Assembly (NCBI GenBank): GCA_965240325.2
Contig: OZ251240.1
Location: forward strand, 1,240,001 to 1,304,000
DNA from: Rebecca billardiae RCC1528
Taxonomy: Eukaryota > Protista > Haptophyta
Direction of reading: 5' to 3'
Length of the DNA: 64,000 bases
In this document: positions 58,808 to 64,000 of the stretch, one piece after another
How positions within the stretch are numbered: the stretch's first letter is position 1
Layout: each line of letters starts with the position of its first letter
Notes under the pieces: generated by a model
Databases searched by the model: none
What the model saw: only the letters and a program-made list of their open reading frames with translations
What the model was told of the DNA's origin: nothing
Position numbers and translations under genes: made by a program

Positions 58808-59153
58808 GCCTCACTCGCCCGGCGACGTCGACACGCGGCGCCGAGCCACTCAACTCGCCCGGGCGAAACCCGCCATGGATGAGCTCTGGCTTGTGCTTGC
58901 TCATGATCACGGCCAGTCCTGCATCTTCAATCTGAGCCGGCGCGCGCCGGACAACCGGCGTCTGACGTCTGCGGCCGTGATGGCTACTGGTACGGTAGTA
59001 ATCGTCTGATGCCTGATGAGTAGTCATCAGTACAGTACGTGGCAGCTCGACGACTCACACTACGTGTCGCCTGGTACGACGACTTCATCGCGAGCAGTGC
59101 GCTCTGAGCAGCATCGTCCTCGTCATCTCACGCGTCGCCAGCGGATCCTCATG

Positions 59154-62036
59154 TCATGGGGCCCGTGCCCGTGCCTGCGAGGCCCCCGCCCAGTGCGCGC
59201 GCGGCGGTGCGACGCTGCTTCGGTTGTGACCGCCCTGGGCGCTGACACTGCCGGCGGCGGCGGCGGCGCTGGAGCCCGTGACCGTCGCAAGGTCCGGCGC
59301 CAGCCGCGGCGAGCTCGACCCGCCGAGCGCGCCGCGCGCGGCCGCGGTGCCATGCCGGCTCGTGCCGCCGCTCCACCCACCGAGCTGCGCGCCGCCCGCC
59401 CCGCGGCCGCGAAGCAGCGGCGGCGCGCGTCGCGCCCGCTCGCCGCCTCCGCCGCCGTGCGCGCGCGCCGCCGCAGCCGCCGCCTCCTGCGGTCCGTCTG
59501 AGCGCAGGCGCCTGCCGCCGCTGCCGCGCCGGCGGGCGCGGCCGCTGCTGCTGCCGCGCCGCACGGCCAGCCGCGCCCCGCCGCCGCCGGGCGGCCGCAG
59601 CGCCTCCGTCGCCTCCGCCAGCTCGACAAACTTGCGCGCGAGACGTGGCGTGTTGTGCGTTTGCATCACGTGCCGGCGCGCCGCGACGCCGAGCTCGGCG
59701 CGCAGAGTCCGGTTGGAGAGGAGCTCGGCGAAGGCGGCCTTGATGCGCGGCAGCCCGGCGAGTCCGGTGCCCTTCCACTCGCCCGCGAACCGGCCGAAGA
59801 GCGCCACCAGGTTCCCCGGGTTCACCGTGCTCAGCACGGGCGTGCGGCAGTGAAATGCTTCGAGCCAAGAGATGGCTACTCCCTCGTGCACGCTCAGGTT
59901 CACGACAAACCACGCGCGCGCGAGCCGCTCCGCCTTGGCGGCCTCGGAGGTGACGTGGCCGAGGAACCGGAGGTTGGGCACCTCGCCGTCCGGGGGCGCG
60001 CGGAACGAGCCGGCGCCCGAGAAGTGCGACTTGCCCGCCGCGAAGAAGGTCACGTGCGGGAACGCCCGCGCGAGCTCGACGAGCAGCCATGGCCGCTTGT
60101 ATGGGTCGAGCCGCGCTAAAAATAGAACCTCTGGAGAAGGCGCCTCCATGCCGGGCGGCTTGGGCTCGAGCCGCGTGCCGTGGAGCGTGCACGGCGCGAT
60201 CGTGTTGGGCAGCTCGCGCACCAGCGCGCCGGGCGGCAGGCTGTACGCCTCCGGCACGCGGTCCGACAGCGCGGGGCCATAAGTCATGCCCACGCCGATG
60301 CGCGCGGTGCGCCACAGCTCGCGCGCGCTGCGCGCGTCCGGCGCCTGCGCGCCCTGCGCGCGCGCGTGCTCGCCGGGCACGACGAGGTGCTCGATGTTCT
60401 TGCGCTGGCGCTGCGTGCGCGGGTCGCGCGCCCAGAGCAGCACCGGCACGTGCGGCATGATGCTGTGCGCCGCCTTATAATTCGTGCGGTAGTCAATAAA
60501 CAGAAAATACGAAATTCGCGCCTTGTTGGTGAGGTACGCGCGCGCCCACGCGGTCGAGCCCGGACCGGACGTGGCGCCCTCGGCGTAGTTGCACAGGTTG
60601 ATGAGCGGCCAGCCGTGCACGAGCGTCTCGCCCTGCTGGTAGAACCGGCCGTCCAGCCGCTCCGCCATGCACGCCATCACATACACCACCGAAATACCCA
60701 GCTCGGGGTGCTGCTTAAAGAGCGTCCCAATCATTCGCGTCGAATACCCAAACCCGCCCATCCGCGCGACGCGCTCGTCGAAGAACTCGGTGGCGACGAT
60801 CGCGACGGTGACGGGGCGGCCGAAGGGCATGACCGGCACGCGCGCCGGCGGGCCGGCCAGCCCGTCCGCCGCCGCCGCCGCCGCGTCGCTCGCCGCCCGG
60901 AGCGCGCTCAGCTGGTTGAGAGAAAAGTGGCGACTGTCGCGCCGCAGCGCACGGAGGATCTCAGCCGCGCCCGACCCGAATTGCTTCAGCGTGTCGTCGC
61001 TCCAGTTGAGCCAGAGCCGCGTCGCCGGGCGGAGCCACGGCACGGGCTGCCCGTCCGCGCCGGCGGGCATCGTCCGGTGGATGTACTGCGCGCACCGCGC
61101 GCGCAGCTGCCGCGCCGAGTGCGAATGACTGCTGTCGACGCCGCCGTCGGCGTCGGCGTCGGCGCCGCCGCCGGGGCCCACCCCGCCGACGCCCGACTCC
61201 GGCGCGTACGGCCAGAGCGCGCCCATCCCGCGCTCGGCCTGGTAGATGAAGTTGAGCAGCACGTCGTCGCACTGCGCCCCCTGCTGCCCGCCGCCGCCTT
61301 TCGTCGGAGCGTTGGGCGCGCCGCCGCGCCCGCCGCTCGCGCCGCCCGCCGGCCCGCCGGCCGAGCCCGCCGCCGCGGTCAGGTCGACCCAGGCGCGCAG
61401 CTGGGCGTACTTGGGGCTGTTGTACAGCTCGAGCAGGCCCCTGTCGAGCGCCATCACCCGCGGCAGCATCAGGTTGCCCCGCTCGTACGAGCGCGAGTGG
61501 ATGGGTTCGTCGCGTGGACGACGTCGGCCCGGTGCCGAGCCGGCGCCGAGCACGCGGCCGGGCGGGCTGAAGGCGCGCGCGCACGTGGCGACGAGGCGGC
61601 GCGGCTCGGCGGCCCAGGGCTGGAGCACGGCGAGCACGAGCTCGGAGATCACCGACGCGCGCACGCGGTCGTCGAAGAGCACCACCGCCTCGGTGTGCAC
61701 GTGCTCGACGTGGGTAAAGCGGTTACTCAGTAAGTAAGTCCGTTCGTAGAGCACGCGAAGCGGCGCGCCGTGCTGCGCCTGGAGCGCGGCGAGGGTCATC
61801 GGCGGCGCGGCGTTGAGCAGCGCGCTCTCCAGCTCGGCGCGCGGCGCGTTCCACACGAGCAGCACCTTCTGGCAGCCGGGCGTTGTGCGGACGGCGCTGA
61901 TGCTGCGCGTCGCGCCGCCGTGCAAGAAGCGCTCGGCGCTCGCGGCGAGGAGGATGGCGGTGAACTGGACGACGCCCGCGAGGCCATGGCGCGTGGCGGC
62001 GGGCGCGGGCGCCGGCGCTAGCGCCTCGGCGGGCAT
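59154..62036 (-). CDS. GT64 (EXTL-like) + GT4 glycosyltransferase fusion
   Basis: VLLVWN, LSNRF...TEAVVLFDD, CDDVLLNF (GT64), then MGGFG, FLARLDPYKRP, NLSVHEGVAISWLEAF..TPVLS (GT-B/GT4). Start uncertain. Confidence 0.75.
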   Translation of the reverse strand: MPAEALAPAPAPAATRHGLAGVVQFTAILLAASAERFLHGGATRSISAVRTTPGCQKVLLVWNAPRAELESALLNAAPPMTLAALQAQHGAPLRVLYERTYLLSNRFTHVEHVHTEAVVLFDDRVRASVISELVLAVLQPWAAEPRRLVATCARAFSPPGRVLGAGSAPGRRRPRDEPIHSRSYERGNLMLPRVMALDRGLLELYNSPKYAQLRAWVDLTAAAGSAGGPAGGASGGRGGAPNAPTKGGGGQQGAQCDDVLLNFIYQAERGMGALWPYAPESGVGGVGPGGGADADADGGVDSSHSHSARQLRARCAQYIHRTMPAGADGQPVPWLRPATRLWLNWSDDTLKQFGSGAAEILRALRRDSRHFSLNQLSALRAASDAAAAAADGLAGPPARVPVMPFGRPVTVAIVATEFFDERVARMGGFGYSTRMIGTLFKQHPELGISVVYVMACMAERLDGRFYQQGETLVHGWPLINLCNYAEGATSGPGSTAWARAYLTNKARISYFLFIDYRTNYKAAHSIMPHVPVLLWARDPRTQRQRKNIEHLVVPGEHARAQGAQAPDARSARELWRTARIGVGMTYGPALSDRVPEAYSLPPGALVRELPNTIAPCTLHGTRLEPKPPGMEAPSPEVLFLARLDPYKRPWLLVELARAFPHVTFFAAGKSHFSGAGSFRAPPDGEVPNLRFLGHVTSEAAKAERLARAWFVVNLSVHEGVAISWLEAFHCRTPVLSTVNPGNLVALFGRFAGEWKGTGLAGLPRIKAAFAELLSNRTLRAELGVAARRHVMQTHNTPRLARKFVELAEATEALRPPGGGGARLAVRRGSSSGRARRRGSGGRRLRSDGPQEAAAAAARAHGGGGGERARRAPPLLRGRGAGGAQLGGWSGGTSRHGTAAARGALGGSSSPRLAPDLATVTGSSAAAAAGSVSAQGGHNRSSVAPPRAHWAGASQARARAP

Positions 62037-62278
62037 CGGCTCCGCCGCTGGTGCTGCGCGGACGTGGAGCCCACCTGTCGCAGAGCGCGTGTGCGCCTGT
62101 GGATCCCCGGCGCGCAAGCGTTCTCGCCTGCCCGTGCAGTCCGGGAGCGACTCGAAACTCCGGCGCAGTCTTGACCGTTGGCGGCCTGGGAGCAGCGCGC
62201 CGGCGCGCTCAAAGGGGCGAGCGGCAGGAAGGGCGCCGTCGCTCGGCGTGGCGGCGCTCGCGCGCATCGATCGACGCG

Positions 62279-64000
62279 ATGGTGCCGGGCGCGCAGCAGC
62301 TCGTGGTCGAGGCGAGACGCCTCGCGCCCACCCCTCCGCCACTACACGCCGCCGCGCTGCCGCCCGACGTCGGCGCACGGCTGCGTGCGCTCAAGCGAGG
62401 CTCGCAGCCGCCGCCGCACGCGCCGCCGCAGCCGCCGAGCCGCCCGCTCGCCGTGCGCACGAACACCCGAGTGGACGCGGCCACGGCGGCGGAGGAGCGC
62501 GTGCGCGGCGCGGCGCTCGTCGCTCGCGCGCACGAGCTCGCCGATCGGCGCCGCGCCGACGAGCTCGCCGCCGCCGCCGTCGCGCGCGCGCGCGTCGCGG
62601 CTGCGCGCCGCGTGCGCGCGGCAGCGTTCGAGGCGTGGGCGGCGCTCGCGGCGCCGCGGCTGCAGTGGGTCCGGTCCGGCGCGCAGCGCGACCGGTTGGT
62701 GCTCGAGCGCGTCTTCGTCGGCTGGCGAGACGCGCACGCCGCGCGCCGCGCCGCCACGCTCGCCTATGCGCGCGCACTGCTGAAAGCGGTGCTCGGCGGC
62801 TGGCGGCGCGCGGCGGGCGCGCAGCGCGCGCGGCGCGTGGGGCTGCGCTCTGCGGAGATGCGCACGCGCGTGCTCGGCTTCGTGTGTGCGCGGCTCTGCG
62901 CGCAGGCGTGGCGCGGCTGGCTCGCGTACCACCGCCGTGCCGCCCGGCGATCGCACGGCCGCCGCGGCGGCGGCGGCGGCGCCTCGGCCGCCACCGCCGC
63001 CGCCGCCGCCGCCGCGGTTGCGGCCTCGTCGGGCGACGACTATAGCAGCAGTGGCGGCGGCGGCAGTGGCAGCAGCGGCGGCAGCAGCGAGGCGCGGGGG
63101 CCCGCGCGTGGCCGGCGGCGCGGCGACACGCGCGTCGCGCGCACCTACGCCGCCGTGCGCGGCGCGCGCCGCGCATTCGGTCGATGGGCGGCGGGCGGCG
63201 ACGGCAGCGGCGGCGGCGGCGCGCGCGCGGCGCCGCTGGCCGCGGCGGCGTGGGCGGCGCGCGCGTGCGCGACGGCGCTGCGAGCGTGGCTCGGCGCGGC
63301 GATCCGCGCGCGGCGCGCGTGCGGCGCGCGCACTCGCGCGCTCGCGCATGCCGCCGCGCGCGCGCCGCCGCTGCCGCCCGCTGCGCGAGCGCTGCGCGCG
63401 TGGGCGGCTGCGGGCGGCGCGCGGCGCGCGCGCACGCGCGGCGCGCGCGAGGTGGCGGCGCGGCGCGCTCGCGCGCACGGCCTCGCCACCTTTTTCGCCG
63501 CGCGCGCCGCGCGCGCCGCGCGCGCGCGCCTCGACGCCCGCGCGCGCGCGCGTGCCGCGCGCGCGGCGCGCGCGGTCGCCGCTCGCCTGTGGCGCGCGGC
63601 TGCGGCCGCGGCGCGCGGCCGCGCGGCGCGCGCGCGCACGGCGGCGGCGGCGGCGGCGACGGCTGCGGCGTGCGGCGCGCTGCGCGCGTGGCACGCTCGC
63701 GCACGCGACGTGGTGGGTGCGGCCGCCGCCGCCGCGCGCGTGCGCACGCACGTGCGCTCCGCGCGCGCGCGCGCGCTGGCGCGCGCGTGGGCGGCCGCGG
63801 CCGCGCGCGGCGCGGCCGCGCGCGAGGCGGCGGCGGTGCGCGCGGTCGCGGCCGCGGCACGCGGCGCGCGGCGCGCGGCGCTGTGGCGCGCGTGGCGCGG
63901 CGCGTTTGTGCTCGCGCGCGCCGAGTCGGACGCCGCGCGCCGCGGCGAAGCGCACTGGGCGGCGCGCGCCGCCGCCGCCGCGCTGCGCGCGGCCGCGGCC
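62279..64000 (+). CDS. Sfi1-like Trp-repeat (centrin-binding-type) protein, runs off the window end
   Basis: Frame from ATG 62279 with periodic motifs AAFEAW, RVFVGW, AVLGGW, QAWRGW, AAFGRW, RALRAW in an Ala/Arg-rich helical context. Confidence 0.6.
   Translation, partial: MVPGAQQLVVEARRLAPTPPPLHAAALPPDVGARLRALKRGSQPPPHAPPQPPSRPLAVRTNTRVDAATAAEERVRGAALVARAHELADRRRADELAAAAVARARVAAARRVRAAAFEAWAALAAPRLQWVRSGAQRDRLVLERVFVGWRDAHAARRAATLAYARALLKAVLGGWRRAAGAQRARRVGLRSAEMRTRVLGFVCARLCAQAWRGWLAYHRRAARRSHGRRGGGGGASAATAAAAAAAVAASSGDDYSSSGGGGSGSSGGSSEARGPARGRRRGDTRVARTYAAVRGARRAFGRWAAGGDGSGGGGARAAPLAAAAWAARACATALRAWLGAAIRARRACGARTRALAHAAARAPPLPPAARALRAWAAAGGARRARTRGAREVAARRARAHGLATFFAARAARAARARLDARARARAARAARAVAARLWRAAAAAARGRAARARTAAAAAATAAACGALRAWHARARDVVGAAAAAARVRTHVRSARARALARAWAAAAARGAAAREAAAVRAVAAAARGARRAALWRAWRGAFVLARAESDAARRGEAHWAARAAAAALRAAAA

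Noticed and set aside
62342-63955. Minus-strand 537-aa and 489-aa ORFs
   Set aside because: The plus-strand frame from 62279 carries the periodic Trp motif and is the better gene.

Overview
Very GC-rich eukaryotic nuclear DNA. It has short GC-rich GT-AG introns, (TA)n/(TG)n microsatellites, plastid-type signal peptides and one 200-N assembly gap. The style suggests a haptophyte alga such as Pavlovales/Diacronema (inference only). About 20 host genes are supported: a membrane protein with a TIR-like motif, a ClpX-like ATPase, a MYND protein, a DUF7705-like/GH79 heparanase fusion, RPS16, PP2C, a PPR protein, an OB-fold/CCCH/methyltransferase, two sulfotransferases, CLN3/battenin, a SEL1-MYND protein, an NMNAT/NadD-like enzyme, IMP2, nuclear SufC, a GT47 exostosin, a 4-TM protein, two tandem Orai-like 4-TM paralogues, a GT64-GT4 fusion and an Sfi1-like repeat protein. 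The most striking non-genic signal is five inverted-repeat DNA transposon-like elements. Four are foldback elements with ~400-680-bp arms; the fifth is 4.3 kb, has 32-bp TIRs and carries two convergent ORFs. All have target-site duplications, and each ends 14-60 bp from a host start codon. Two share CAAGGG termini, 7-bp TSDs and a remnant MPPR...KRR..CAR ORF starting inside the arm. A ~74-nt unit is nested in one arm and recurs upstream of RPS16. No rRNA, tRNA or CRISPR array was recognised. Family assignments come from motif recognition by eye, not database searches.
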